Shown here: in pieces, positions 9,767 through 19,701 of the stretch
Numbering within the stretch: the first letter of the stretch is position 1
Layout: every line of letters begins with the position of its first letter
From: Candidatus Heimdallarchaeota archaeon
GTDB lineage: Archaea > Asgardarchaeota > Heimdallarchaeia > Heimdallarchaeales > Heimdallarchaeaceae
Direction: 5' to 3'
DNA: 64,000 bases
NCBI GenBank assembly: GCA_018238545.1
Contig: JABCTC010000016.1
Span: forward strand, 10,950 to 74,949
Notes under the pieces: generated by a model
The model's input: only the letters and a program-made list of their open reading frames with translations
Databases searched by the model: none
Told to the model about the DNA's origin: nothing
Translations under genes and position numbers: made by a program

Positions 9767-10186
9767 TTATTTCTCCTCTTTAGAAGGAGTTGGTTTTTCT
9801 TTAGTTTTAACTGATTTCTTTTTCTTAGGGGATGGAAAGTAGAGATCAATAAGTTTTGAGAAACCCACTTTTTTTTCATACCGCTTCTCAACAACCATTT
9901 TGTGTAAAAAGAAAACACCAACCAATACTACAATGATTATAGCATATCCAAAAAGAGCTAGTAGAGGATTATATGCTAAGAAATTAGAATTAACATCATT
10001 TATGAACATAGGGTAAGCAAACATAGATATCAACCAGATTAGTCCCCAGATGCTAAAAGTAACAAGGATATTATGAAGAGAGAAATCACTTAGAATGAAG
10101 AGGAATAAAACGGTAATCAAAATAGCAATAAGCAAATAAGCACCACCGTAAAAAAGCAAAAGCTCTCTTTTCTTAAAGTCAGTCAC
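9767..10186 (-). CDS. Small 3-TM membrane protein with a basic C-terminal tail
   Basis: Three hydrophobic segments; no family recognised. Confidence 0.65.
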   Translation of the reverse strand: MTDFKKRELLLFYGGAYLLIAILITVLFLFILSDFSLHNILVTFSIWGLIWLISMFAYPMFINDVNSNFLAYNPLLALFGYAIIIVVLVGVFFLHKMVVEKRYEKKVGFSKLIDLYFPSPKKKKSVKTKEKPTPSKEEK

Positions 10187-10240
10187 AAGATTATGAAAGT
10201 GAAGATAGTTTTAAATTTAACTAATGGTCTGCTTTTTGTT

Positions 10241-10909
10241 TCAAGGATGTATTTTCTGTTTGGATAAATAGGCAAGTGAAATGAAAGAGAGTAAGACGAT
10301 AATCAGAGTCATAGAAGTGGAACTAACAGAATCATCAACAGAATCAACAGTATAGATAGTTGTTCCCCAGGTAGGAGGGATAGGTTCTTGAAAGATAATA
10401 GTTTCCTCGAATGTTCTGATAACATAGGTGGAAAAGGATACAACTGTATAATAACCTTCATAGTAAAAATCCAAATCAACCCAGAAAGCATAATGACCAT
10501 AAGGAAGAGTGACCAAATCTGTAGAATTAACAATTACAACAAGATCAGTAAAAGTAGTTGTCAATCCGGGTTCAAAAAGAAAGGTATTCGGTGCGGGATA
10601 AACTCCCCGAGGGATAGAGAGATCTAAAGACACATTATCTGGTCGAAAATCACCGCTAACATTAACCAGATTCTGATTAGGAGTGTGAATTTCAATACTT
10701 TGAGAATATGGATTCCAAACTTCATATAAAATTGGAAAAGTGAAGTAAGTGATAGTAGCATAATCAATAACCTCTCTTAATGGAGACCAAGGAAAATCAG
10801 TTATCTTAAAATCTATAATAATTTCATCAGAGGGCGAGTATAAGGAAAAAGCAGAATTACAACAGAAAAGAAAAAGAAGAATAAGTGGGAACATTTTGGG
10901 AAAGGACAA
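10241..10909 (-). CDS. Exported protein with a C-terminal membrane anchor
   Basis: Signal-peptide-like N-terminus, beta-rich body, S/T/D linker, terminal TM followed by basic residues. Confidence 0.7.
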   Translation of the reverse strand: MSFPKMFPLILLFLFCCNSAFSLYSPSDEIIIDFKITDFPWSPLREVIDYATITYFTFPILYEVWNPYSQSIEIHTPNQNLVNVSGDFRPDNVSLDLSIPRGVYPAPNTFLFEPGLTTTFTDLVVIVNSTDLVTLPYGHYAFWVDLDFYYEGYYTVVSFSTYVIRTFEETIIFQEPIPPTWGTTIYTVDSVDDSVSSTSMTLIIVLLSFISLAYLSKQKIHP

Positions 10910-11309
10910 CTATTTCACTAGAAAAAGAAGGTAAAGGCAGTAAAAAACATTTCCAAAAATAAGAAGAAAATTTTTGTTGCAATAACCAAAAATGCAAATT
11001 TTCAACAAATAGTAGCGAGAAAATTTAAATTCTCACACAATTTTTGGAAAGGTATATATAGGAAAAATGGCATATAATATTGCTAGAACGTTAGAGTCTG
11101 ACAAATTCCCAAAAAAAGGGAAGGAATTCATACGTATTGACAATATGTATGGAAACGGCTTGAAACTCATTAGAGTAGAGGTATTTGGTTCTCCTAAAAG
11201 TTTATAAGGACTGATGATAGGAGAGAATAACACAATAAAAAATTACGACTCTTAGAGAGGCTCTAATGAGTAAGACAACCAAGGATAACTTGGTTGAAAG
11301 TAAAAATAG

Positions 11310-11597
11310 GTGAAAATCATGAAAAGACGCAAACTTCCTCGTGGTGGAGAAGATATCATGAAGGTCCTGGATATTAGTGGACCAATGACACAAAAGCAGA
11401 TATTGGGTTCTGTCGACCAGCCTGAAAGAACTGTAAGATATGGTATTAGAAGGTTATTAGAAAAAGGAATCCTAAAGAAAATGTCCAATTTATCCGATAT
11501 GAGATCGGTATATTACTATCTTGATTTAGATATTCGCGCAAATTTCGAATTCTTAGTTAGTTCTAAGGAAAAAGTAGAAGTTTCTCAGACAAATTAA
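11310..11597 (+). CDS. Winged-helix (MarR/ArsR-like) transcription regulator
   Basis: GPMTQKQI...ERTVRYGIRRLLEKG..DMRSVYY pattern. GGTGA Shine-Dalgarno suggests the real start is ATG at 11319. Confidence 0.85.
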   Translation: MKIMKRRKLPRGGEDIMKVLDISGPMTQKQILGSVDQPERTVRYGIRRLLEKGILKKMSNLSDMRSVYYYLDLDIRANFEFLVSSKEKVEVSQTN

Positions 11598-11758
11598 TCT
11601 TATTTACTTTTGGGTCTTTTGGCCCCTTTATTCCGGGAGTGGGAGAGGGATTTTTTTTCCTTTTTTTATATTTGTTTCTTCTTGTTTTCTTTTTTTTGAG
11701 TGGTTTTTTTCTCTCTAACAAAATATATATTAAAGTTAGTTCCTATGCCTTATTTGTT

Positions 11759-12070
11759 ATGAGTGATATATCTCCCCTAACTGAAATTACCAATCTCAAA
11801 TCTCTTGCAAACTGGATGCAGAATGTAATCAAAGCTTATGAAAGTGGAGCCATTAATAAAAAGACTGCTGCTGCTTTAGCCAAAAGGACTTTGAAAAAAT
11901 TCAATAATTACATTGCAAAACCTGAAGAGAGCGAAAATTACGAGAAATTATCAGATTTATGTACATCACTTTCTACTATTCAGAGATCAGAGGGGAACTT
12001 CGAAACGTTTTATTTAGAAAGTTTGAAAGAAGAATTGGATATTTTGCTAAAAACTCTAATGGGGGTATAG
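11759..12070 (+). CDS. Small helical hypothetical protein co-transcribed with the GTPase
   Basis: Start moved to ATG 11759 because the track's upstream extension runs through a T-tract. Stop is 1 nt before the GTPase ATG. Confidence 0.7.
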   Translation: MSDISPLTEITNLKSLANWMQNVIKAYESGAINKKTAAALAKRTLKKFNNYIAKPEESENYEKLSDLCTSLSTIQRSEGNFETFYLESLKEELDILLKTLMGV

Positions 12071-12071
12071 A

Positions 12072-12614
12072 ATGAGCAGTTCCCAACCAGATTATAATTT
12101 TAAGATCCTTCTTCTAGGTAGTGCAGCTGTTGGAAAAACCAGTCTGGTACAGAGATTTGTTCATGATCGATTTGATTCCAGTTACTTGATGACAATTGGT
12201 ATGGAACCATCTGAAAAACGTGTACATCTTAAAGATGGAACAAAAGTAGCCTTATCCATTTGGGATTTAGCAGGTCAAGATAGATTTCGTTTCATCAGAC
12301 CTACTTTTTACAAAGGTGCAAAGGCGGCAATTCTTGTTTTCGATTTAACACGCTCAACAACTCTGAAGGATATTAAAAAATGGGATAAAGAATTCATTGA
12401 CAATTGTGGCTCTAAAGTTGTCAAAATTCTAGTTGGCAACAAAGAAGACCTTCAGAAGGAGAGAGCTATTTCAGAGTCAGAGTGTGAAGCGATGAACAAG
12501 AAAATTAAGAGCAAAATACAGTTCAATACAAGTGCCTTATCTGGAAAACATGTAGATGAAGCATTTTCAAAGATAGCTGAATTATTAGTTGAACAAGCTA
12601 AAGAGATGGATTAA
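12072..12614 (+). CDS. Rab-like small GTPase (Ras superfamily)
   Basis: G1 GSAAVGKTS, G2 TIG, G3 WDLAGQ, Rab-like RFRFIRPTFYKGA, G4 NKED, G5 TSAL. No C-terminal Cys. Confidence 0.95.
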   Translation: MSSSQPDYNFKILLLGSAAVGKTSLVQRFVHDRFDSSYLMTIGMEPSEKRVHLKDGTKVALSIWDLAGQDRFRFIRPTFYKGAKAAILVFDLTRSTTLKDIKKWDKEFIDNCGSKVVKILVGNKEDLQKERAISESECEAMNKKIKSKIQFNTSALSGKHVDEAFSKIAELLVEQAKEMD

Positions 12615-13237
12615 TCTTTCTCTTCTTTATCCCCTGTTTTTTCTACCTCAGAGTCACTTTCTTCTTCAAAGTCATCATCAAATAGTAACACACTATCTAA
12701 AACAGATTCTAGCAAAGGTCTATCAGGTGCATTAAGAAGAACATCTTGTGATTCAGAGACGCTCACGTCTAATGAAGAGAGATCTGCTCTGGGTCCTCTG
12801 GTTCGAGGTGTGGCAAATGTTGCGGTTCCGATATTCTTTATCATTGTTTTCATTGAAGAAATCTCGTCTTTTAATTCAGTGAAAGCAGGGAAATCATTAA
12901 GTTGATCTATCAGCTTATCTACCTTAGCCAAATCTTTCTTAGTTTTTTCTTCAAGTTTTTTCCCATTTTCTATAATCTTTGCCATTTTTCCTTCGGTAAC
13001 AGGAGAATTCATATGATTTATCGGTTGATAAACTCTCTCTGGAGGAGATGTCTGAGTTAGTTTGAAATCATCCAAAGTGCCAAATTGCTCTTTGTGATGA
13101 GATTTTATTGATTCTAAAATAGCTCTTTCTGGACTTCCATAGTGAGAAACAAGATCTTCTAGCATATCAAAGAATTCCATAGGGATAGGTAATTCTATGA
13201 TTCTTGCAATTCTTTGTCTTTGCTCATCACTATACAT
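12611..13237 (-). CDS. Hypothetical protein: ribbon-helix-helix-like N-terminus, coiled coil, acidic tail
   Basis: IIELPIP.EFFDMLEDLVSHYG.SPERAILESI resembles an RHH domain. Start taken at ATG 13237. Confidence 0.6.
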   Translation of the reverse strand: MYSDEQRQRIARIIELPIPMEFFDMLEDLVSHYGSPERAILESIKSHHKEQFGTLDDFKLTQTSPPERVYQPINHMNSPVTEGKMAKIIENGKKLEEKTKKDLAKVDKLIDQLNDFPAFTELKDEISSMKTMIKNIGTATFATPRTRGPRADLSSLDVSVSESQDVLLNAPDRPLLESVLDSVLLFDDDFEEESDSEVEKTGDKEEKD

Positions 13238-13391
13238 TAAACAGCCTCTAAGATTCAATTCTACTCTTTAACTTAAGATAGATTTCTCTATATATAGTAT
13301 TTATTACTGCTACGTTATTATATCTAAAGTTTTTTGGGTTTATTCTTTAAAAATGCACAAATTTAAAAGTTTAATTTTTTTAGATGAATTA

Positions 13392-14099
13392 ATGACTGAT
13401 GAGAAAAAAACCATTTTGGCTTGTTTTGCACATCCAGATGATGAGATTGGTTGTATTGGCACGCTTTCAAATCATGTTGACAAAGGAGATCAAGTTATCT
13501 TAGCTTGGACAACAAGTGGTGAAATGGCTTCCCACTTCGATAATATGTCTTTCAATGAGGTCAAAAAAATCAGAGAAGAACAAGGGCAAGCAGTAGGAGA
13601 GATTGTTGGAAGCAAGACTATGTTCTTAGGGTATGGAGATACTTCTGTTAGATCAACAAGAGACAGTGCTCTAAAAATGGCTAAAGTAATAGCAGAAGTA
13701 AAACCTGACGCAATAATCACATGGTCAATGAACACCAGACATCCGGACCATAGAGGAACAGCAAACATTCTTTATGACGCGTTGACATATGCCCGTATTC
13801 CAATAATAACAAACCCTCTTGACGCCTATAGACCACCTTTGCACAGCCCAATTTTTATGTATCATGAAGAATTATCACCTTTACCTACTGTTTATGTAGA
13901 TGTAACAGAAAATTTTGAAAAGGTCAGAAAAGTTGCTAAACTTTACGGAGATTTTTACAATTGGCAACAAGTAGATGATTGGATTGACGTTGGACGACGA
14001 TCTAATGGGTTAAAATGTGGAGTTAGATACGCAGAAAAATATAATATACTAACAAGATACCCACCTGTAGACAAATTATTACCTATTAACAAAGACTAA
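13392..14099 (+). CDS. PIG-L/LmbE family N-acetylglucosaminyl deacetylase
   Basis: AHPDDE, TSGE and HPDH motifs. Confidence 0.92.
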   Translation: MTDEKKTILACFAHPDDEIGCIGTLSNHVDKGDQVILAWTTSGEMASHFDNMSFNEVKKIREEQGQAVGEIVGSKTMFLGYGDTSVRSTRDSALKMAKVIAEVKPDAIITWSMNTRHPDHRGTANILYDALTYARIPIITNPLDAYRPPLHSPIFMYHEELSPLPTVYVDVTENFEKVRKVAKLYGDFYNWQQVDDWIDVGRRSNGLKCGVRYAEKYNILTRYPPVDKLLPINKD

Positions 14100-14175
14100 C
14101 TAGAGACTAAATTTTTTCAAGTAAAAATAATGGAAAAAAATAGTGAGTGAAAAGGCAAGCCCTTTTCAGCTCTTT

Positions 14176-14889
14176 TTAAATTGAAAGCTTGTTCTGATTT
14201 TTAGATGTAGACAATCTTCTCAGATAAGTATAAGACACAAAGAGGATAACACTAGCTACCATTAATGCAATTCCAAAGTAAATGTAAAGATGGCCATTAA
14301 TGAAATAGTTTACTCCATCGATTATATGAGATGATGTAACCATAAATGGTTGAATAAATAAGCCCATCCCAATACTCATCAGCATTAATGAAACAGTAGA
14401 GATTATAGTAGTCTTAGTATCTATTTTTTCTGTGCTATCTGAAGAAAATTTCGAAGGTGCTTCTGAATCTCTTTCGGAAGTTTTGAATCTAAGTTCGTAG
14501 AACGGCGGAAGCAACAATAATAATAGAACGATTCCATAAACAACTGTCCTCATTAGAGAAGGAGAAAATGACATCCCATTGCTTATCACCAAAAGTGAGG
14601 GAATTAGTCCACTAGCTAAACCAACAACACTTGTTGCTAAAGCAACAGGATAAAACCATGTCTTCCTAGAAATTAATGCCCAGATTAAGCCTCCAGAAAC
14701 TATAGCAGCTACATAAGTTAGAAGCGTGGTTATTATGAAAACCCATTGTAATTCATTCATTATGTAAAGGGCGCTAGATGTATCAGTTGTCGGATTAAAT
14801 GTCGGACAACTACTACCAATAGCACTTACTATTCCAATAAATGCTGCAAAGCTTTCAAAAACTATCAATGTTCTTATTTTTCCTTTCAT
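14176..14889 (-). CDS. Multi-pass membrane protein
   Basis: About 6 hydrophobic segments. Confidence 0.7.
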   Translation of the reverse strand: MKGKIRTLIVFESFAAFIGIVSAIGSSCPTFNPTTDTSSALYIMNELQWVFIITTLLTYVAAIVSGGLIWALISRKTWFYPVALATSVVGLASGLIPSLLVISNGMSFSPSLMRTVVYGIVLLLLLLPPFYELRFKTSERDSEAPSKFSSDSTEKIDTKTTIISTVSLMLMSIGMGLFIQPFMVTSSHIIDGVNYFINGHLYIYFGIALMVASVILFVSYTYLRRLSTSKNQNKLSI

Positions 14890-14978
14890 ATATTAACCTC
14901 AATATTAATTAGCATGTTTTATTTTTTAGATTTTTAAAGTTTCTCCGAATTAGCCTATTCAACGCCTTCAAGAACAAA

Positions 14979-14996
14979 TGTGCATGCGTATGCACA
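14979..14996. promoter_or_regulatory. Palindromic operator candidate TGTGCAT-N4-ATGCACA
   Basis: Perfect 7-bp inverted repeat between divergent genes, just upstream of the TATA-like ttttataata at ~15005. Confidence 0.5.
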
Positions 14997-15071
14997 CTGA
15001 ATGCTTTTATAATAGGATTGTTGGAAAGAATTTATATTCGCTTCAAATATTAGTTTTAAGAAGTGTATTAG

Positions 15072-15746
15072 GTGAAAAATATGTTTATGACAGATATTCT
15101 TGGACTTGTACTGTTATTAACAACAGGTGTTGTTGCACTTCTAATGTGCATCTGGCTAATTATTGATTATGCAAAAAACAGAAAACCATACCATATCCTT
15201 TGGGCTATAAGTATGGCCGTTTTATTTGTATCTGGTGTCTTAATCATCCTATTTGATTGGGGTGTTCTTGAAAACGCACTGGTTCCTGCTGTGGCAGCAT
15301 TAATTCCAGTAGGTTTTGCGACAGGTTTGCTATATGTAACATTTGAAAATAGATGGTATGCTAGAATTTTTGGCGTTTTGGAGGTTCTACTAATAATTAC
15401 TCTTGTATTTTTACGTTATTTTGCAGAAGATCTATCAACTGCTTTCATAATGATAATTCACATTCCTGCAGGACTTGCTATTGTAATCCTACCAATTTAC
15501 ACAGCGATTATCAAAGATACGGAAATGACCAGTATTATGTTCAGCATAGGCGGTTTGTTAATTTCAATTGGTGGAGCTTTGCTTGCTTTCCTAAAATTAG
15601 GTAGTGCCATCTTATCCGCAGAGACAATTTTCCTCATATTACCAGGTTTGCTTCTTATCGTAGGTGCCCTGATCTCTCTAGGAATAATATTCCCAACAAA
15701 ATGGAGACCAACATTTGAGATATTTAATAAGAAGCAAAATATTTAA
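15072..15746 (+). CDS. 7-TM membrane protein (likely start ATG 15081)
   Basis: Seven hydrophobic helices; first gene of a three-gene run ending in heme O synthase. Confidence 0.75.
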   Translation: MKNMFMTDILGLVLLLTTGVVALLMCIWLIIDYAKNRKPYHILWAISMAVLFVSGVLIILFDWGVLENALVPAVAALIPVGFATGLLYVTFENRWYARIFGVLEVLLIITLVFLRYFAEDLSTAFIMIIHIPAGLAIVILPIYTAIIKDTEMTSIMFSIGGLLISIGGALLAFLKLGSAILSAETIFLILPGLLLIVGALISLGIIFPTKWRPTFEIFNKKQNI

Positions 15747-15787
15747 AGCAGAATATTTGATAAAAGCAAAAAGGCGGTAAAAAAGAT

Positions 15788-17290
15788 ATGTCAAATAACG
15801 AATCTGATGAAAGTAAAACATTTTCAGGTCGATTTCAAGGTATGCTTAGATATGGTTTTGGTACCTACAAGGGATTAGTTACGTTAATTATTGCTTATTT
15901 AACCCTAACTATCCTTTTCTTAGGTACTTTTTCACAACCAATCGTAGAGATTATTGGAAAACCTATAATACCGATAGTATTAGACGATGCATTCCAAGTA
16001 AGTCGAATAATTATGTTATATCACTCAATTGCGATGCCATTTTTGGCAGCTGTTGTTTTCTTAGTTTTGGATACTTGCAATGTTCGAGAGAAGTTTAAAC
16101 CTCATGTCAAATGGCCAATTTTAACTGGTTCTCTACTAACTTCAACAATGGGTTTGACTTTTGCATATATATTACAACGGAATATGATTGTTCATGCATT
16201 TTTTATTCTTGGACTTTGTCTAGTTTTCTATGGTGGTGTAGTTTTGCTTATTGGAACCTTCCCAACAAAGAATTTTCCTGATTATGAGAAAAACAAAGAT
16301 GGTCCTTATTTAGGTAGATTAAACCTAGAACAGCTAAATATAATGTTAGTAGCTTTTTGCTTGTTAATTACAGCTTCAATAGCAGCTATTGTGGGGGCAG
16401 ATATTGGTAATTCGCAAGGACTATTTACAGACCCTCCACAAGTGTTTTCTTCTCCTTGGACACAAGTGTTTTATTTTCCATTTTTAGCAGAAGAATGGCT
16501 TAGATTTGAACATGAGACTTTGCCGTATCTCCGTATGATTATAGCTCATCTTCATAACATGCTAGCTATGATAGATGTAGCGGTACTATTGATAGTATTT
16601 CGTCGCATTAAGGTCACTAAACTATGGTACCTTGTGGCCAACATTTTAGTAATCCCCGGAACTTTAATTACATCTATCGGAGCTTGGTTAGTTGTTCCTG
16701 GTTATGAGGATGCGCATGTAATCATCAATGTAGGCGCAGCTTTCTTGCTATCTGCCAGTTTGATTTTAGTTATATTTGGATTTATACAGATTAGCAAAAA
16801 AGTTCTCGGAGAAAATTATGAGACAGCATCTATTTGGAAGCGTTTTATATCTATCTTCAAAGATTCTGTAAACTTTGGTCTTTACTGGCTATTTATTTGG
16901 GTTAACTTTGTGGTAACTGCTCCTGGAGTTTATACTGCACTTAATCTAGAGTATGTTAGGTCTCAACCTTGGATTCAAGAACGCACCTTTGCTTCAGGCC
17001 ATTGGCATGTCTTAGCAACTTTGACTGCAATGATGGTTTTACTTTTCTATATCGATCTCATAAATATGAAAGGTATTTTGCGCACAATCATAGGATGGTT
17101 CGTTACAGTTGGTGGTCTATTGGGCTTTGGAGCTGCTTTGTATTTCATGATGGTTGACAATACTAGTTCTTTTGCCACTATAGTAACCGATATAGGATTA
17201 TTTGCGCTATTCGCAGCAATAGGCATTTTCTGTATATACCAATTAGTCAAGATACTAAAAGGGGATAGAAGCAAGGAAATAGAACAATAG
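15788..17290 (+). CDS. About 12-TM His-containing membrane protein, remotely like heme-copper oxidase subunit I
   Basis: Intramembrane His motifs YHS, VHA, AHLH, AHV and GHWH; adjacent to cyoE. Confidence 0.55.
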   Translation: MSNNESDESKTFSGRFQGMLRYGFGTYKGLVTLIIAYLTLTILFLGTFSQPIVEIIGKPIIPIVLDDAFQVSRIIMLYHSIAMPFLAAVVFLVLDTCNVREKFKPHVKWPILTGSLLTSTMGLTFAYILQRNMIVHAFFILGLCLVFYGGVVLLIGTFPTKNFPDYEKNKDGPYLGRLNLEQLNIMLVAFCLLITASIAAIVGADIGNSQGLFTDPPQVFSSPWTQVFYFPFLAEEWLRFEHETLPYLRMIIAHLHNMLAMIDVAVLLIVFRRIKVTKLWYLVANILVIPGTLITSIGAWLVVPGYEDAHVIINVGAAFLLSASLILVIFGFIQISKKVLGENYETASIWKRFISIFKDSVNFGLYWLFIWVNFVVTAPGVYTALNLEYVRSQPWIQERTFASGHWHVLATLTAMMVLLFYIDLINMKGILRTIIGWFVTVGGLLGFGAALYFMMVDNTSSFATIVTDIGLFALFAAIGIFCIYQLVKILKGDRSKEIEQ

Positions 17291-17310
17291 ATACTAAAGG
17301 AAAATGAGAA

Positions 17311-18237
17311 ATGGCGAATCCAGAACAATTTCCAGTTATAACCGGAGAGGAGGTAAGAACCACAAGCAATAGGTTCTTATCCCTTCGTTTATATCTAGGT
17401 TTAATAAAAGAGAAGCAGACAATATTACTAGTTTTCACTTCGATGCTAGCATACTTAATATCTGCTTATCCGTTTATTTCACTTTCTGATTGTCTCTGGC
17501 TTCTCTTTTCCATATTTTTGGCTGTATCAGGTACAACTCTGTTAAACATGTATATTGATAGGGACATAGATAAAATAATGGAACGAACTAAAGATAGAGC
17601 GCTTCCTAGTGGTAAAACATCTCCACAATCTGTTGTAGGACATGGAATTCTCTATACAGTTTCAGGAATCGTGTTTGCAGGTGTTTTTCTTAACCTAACG
17701 GTTATGATCATAATTTTTCTAGGATTCTTTTTTGATATAGTAATCTATTCAATGTGGTTGAAAAGAAAAACTCGCTTTTCCATTATTTTTGGTGGAATTG
17801 CTGGGGGGTTACCTGCACTTGCGGGAAGAGTTGTGTTTACTGGACAAATTGATTTAATCGGAATTCTGATGGGAGTTTTTATTTTATCATGGATACCTTT
17901 GCACATACTTACGCTTGCATTATTGCCAAAAACATTAGAAGATTACAAAAATGCTGGAGTACCAATGTGGCCTGTAGTGAGAAGCAAAAAAGAGACAATT
18001 ATCGTTATTACAATATCCGCACTCATCAGTTCACTCACGGCTATTGTTATCAGTATACTTCTCAATATTTACATCGCGATTACTATAGTAGTTGTTTTTG
18101 CTGGGCTTATCCTAATTAGTTTATCAATCATGAATCTCATTAAACCAGCAGAGAAAACTACTAAATTCATTTTTATGGGTGCGTCACTGTTTATGGTTAT
18201 TGCATTTTTACTCTGGTTCATTGGCAAAGTCATTTAA
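17311..18237 (+). CDS. cyoE: Protoheme IX farnesyltransferase (heme O synthase)
   Basis: NMYIDRDIDKIMERTKDRALPSG, YSMWLKR, GGIAGGLPAL, WIPLH and DYKNAGVPM motifs. Confidence 0.93.
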   Translation: MANPEQFPVITGEEVRTTSNRFLSLRLYLGLIKEKQTILLVFTSMLAYLISAYPFISLSDCLWLLFSIFLAVSGTTLLNMYIDRDIDKIMERTKDRALPSGKTSPQSVVGHGILYTVSGIVFAGVFLNLTVMIIIFLGFFFDIVIYSMWLKRKTRFSIIFGGIAGGLPALAGRVVFTGQIDLIGILMGVFILSWIPLHILTLALLPKTLEDYKNAGVPMWPVVRSKKETIIVITISALISSLTAIVISILLNIYIAITIVVVFAGLILISLSIMNLIKPAEKTTKFIFMGASLFMVIAFLLWFIGKVI

Positions 18238-18382
18238 TAATTTTCTAGAGCCATAGAATCTCCAGAATTATTTATGAAAAATATTTATCACTAAATATTT
18301 TCTCTATTAGAATTATAAGCAAGAGTTGTGTAAAAATACACTTAAGAAGTAGTTTTTTACCATTAAATCTGTTGAGATACTT

Positions 18383-18772
18383 ATGACTGCGGACGATGCA
18401 TTAGACAAAATCAGGAAAAAAAAGGCTCAAGAGCTTCTTGAAATTGCTAATCTGAGAAAGCAGCGGATGGAAGAGCTAAAGAAATCTGAGCAAGCTCCAG
18501 CTAGTGTTGAAGAGAAAGATAAACTAGCTTTGATGAGGTTCTTTTTAGTTCCAGAAGCTTATGATTATTGGTCCAGTCTCTATGAGAATCAAAACAAAAA
18601 AGTTACCGCCGAAACTATTTTTAAAAATCTACTATATATGGTTAAAATTGGTTATATGGAAGGTAAACAAATCACTAGATTAGGAATAAAGAAGCTTGAA
18701 AGAGAAATTGAGGGCATACCTCCATCAATCACTATTAAAAGGAAAGGAGAGAAGGAAAGAACTGTAGATTGA
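18383..18772 (+). CDS. Divergent PDCD5/TFAR19-family protein
   Basis: DDALDKIRKKKAQEL start, L.PEA, and C-terminal ITIKRK. Confidence 0.65.
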   Translation: MTADDALDKIRKKKAQELLEIANLRKQRMEELKKSEQAPASVEEKDKLALMRFFLVPEAYDYWSSLYENQNKKVTAETIFKNLLYMVKIGYMEGKQITRLGIKKLEREIEGIPPSITIKRKGEKERTVD

Positions 18773-18780
18773 AACTATTT

Positions 18781-19065
18781 CTACTTTCTTCTTTCAGAAC
18801 TCTTGTAAAATATGACTAATTTCTCTTTATAGTGTTCTCTTAATCTTAGTATAACTTCATCAATATCCTTGTTTGAATCATTCTTACTAGATTGAACTGG
18901 AATGACAAGTTTATCATAACTACTTGTTTTCTTAGTTTCTACTTCTTGTACAATTTTATCTCTAAACAATAAAATTCTATCTCCTTTAATTTCAATTGAA
19001 TTATAAAATGGAGTAATGTCTGTGTCTACTTCTTCACAGATTTGGTTAACTACATCATAAATCAT
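18781..19065 (-). CDS. Hypothetical protein
   Basis: 94-aa ORF preceded by a GGGGTG Shine-Dalgarno-like sequence. Confidence 0.6.
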   Translation of the reverse strand: MIYDVVNQICEEVDTDITPFYNSIEIKGDRILLFRDKIVQEVETKKTSSYDKLVIPVQSSKNDSNKDIDEVILRLREHYKEKLVIFYKSSERRK

Positions 19066-19327
19066 TTAGGCACCCCTTGCGTATATTTTGCTCTGTTTTG
19101 GGCAGAAATAATTAGTAATTAATCATTCTACCTATCATAAAAATCGTAATCTCATAGTTAAGACATCATAATACATAGAGAATATCGGCATGTGTAAATA
19201 GCAGGAATTTTTGCAGTTTTAGAGATAGCAGTGTAGCGCATAATTATATAATAGTTGCAAATCATTTGACAAGCTTTAATAATGAATAAGTCAATAATGA
19301 AATTAGAAAAGCAAAGGTGAAAATAAA

Positions 19328-19564
19328 ATGAGAATTAGTGTCGTTACTGCAATAGGAGGAGGGTCATTGGAGCTGGACGTGGATCCCCAATCAACAGTAG
19401 CTCAATTAAAGAGAGAAGTTTCAAAAAAGAAAAAGATTCCAGCTAATACCGTGATTATCGTGTTTCATGGAAAACAACTAGATGATAGCGATATTTTGAA
19501 GCAAACTGGTATGATGGATGGAGATAAATGCTATCTAATTGCCAGAACTAAAGGCGGTTATTGA
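19328..19564 (+). CDS. Ubiquitin-like modifier, precursor ending GG-Y
   Basis: Beta-grasp pattern (LDVDPQSTVAQLK, IVFHGKQLDD) and C-terminal RTKGGY. Confidence 0.93.
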   Translation: MRISVVTAIGGGSLELDVDPQSTVAQLKREVSKKKKIPANTVIIVFHGKQLDDSDILKQTGMMDGDKCYLIARTKGGY

Positions 19565-19701
19565 TTAAAAGCCAAATCCCTTTCTTATTTTGATTTTACA
19601 GTTTTATTCATATTTAAGTAGAATTTCAATTTTCTGAGTTTTCAATATTGTTTTAGCTGTTCAAAAAGAAACATATATCAGAAAACAATAGTATCATATC
19701 G

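Noticed and set aside
11186-11283. Hammerhead ribozyme around CTGATGA (11211-11217)
   Set aside because: Stem I is possible, but the required GAAA reads GACA and stem II does not form.
11639-11758. Phe-rich N-terminal extension of ORF 11639-12070
   Set aside because: It translates the T-rich terminator/promoter region; ATG 11759 is the more plausible start.
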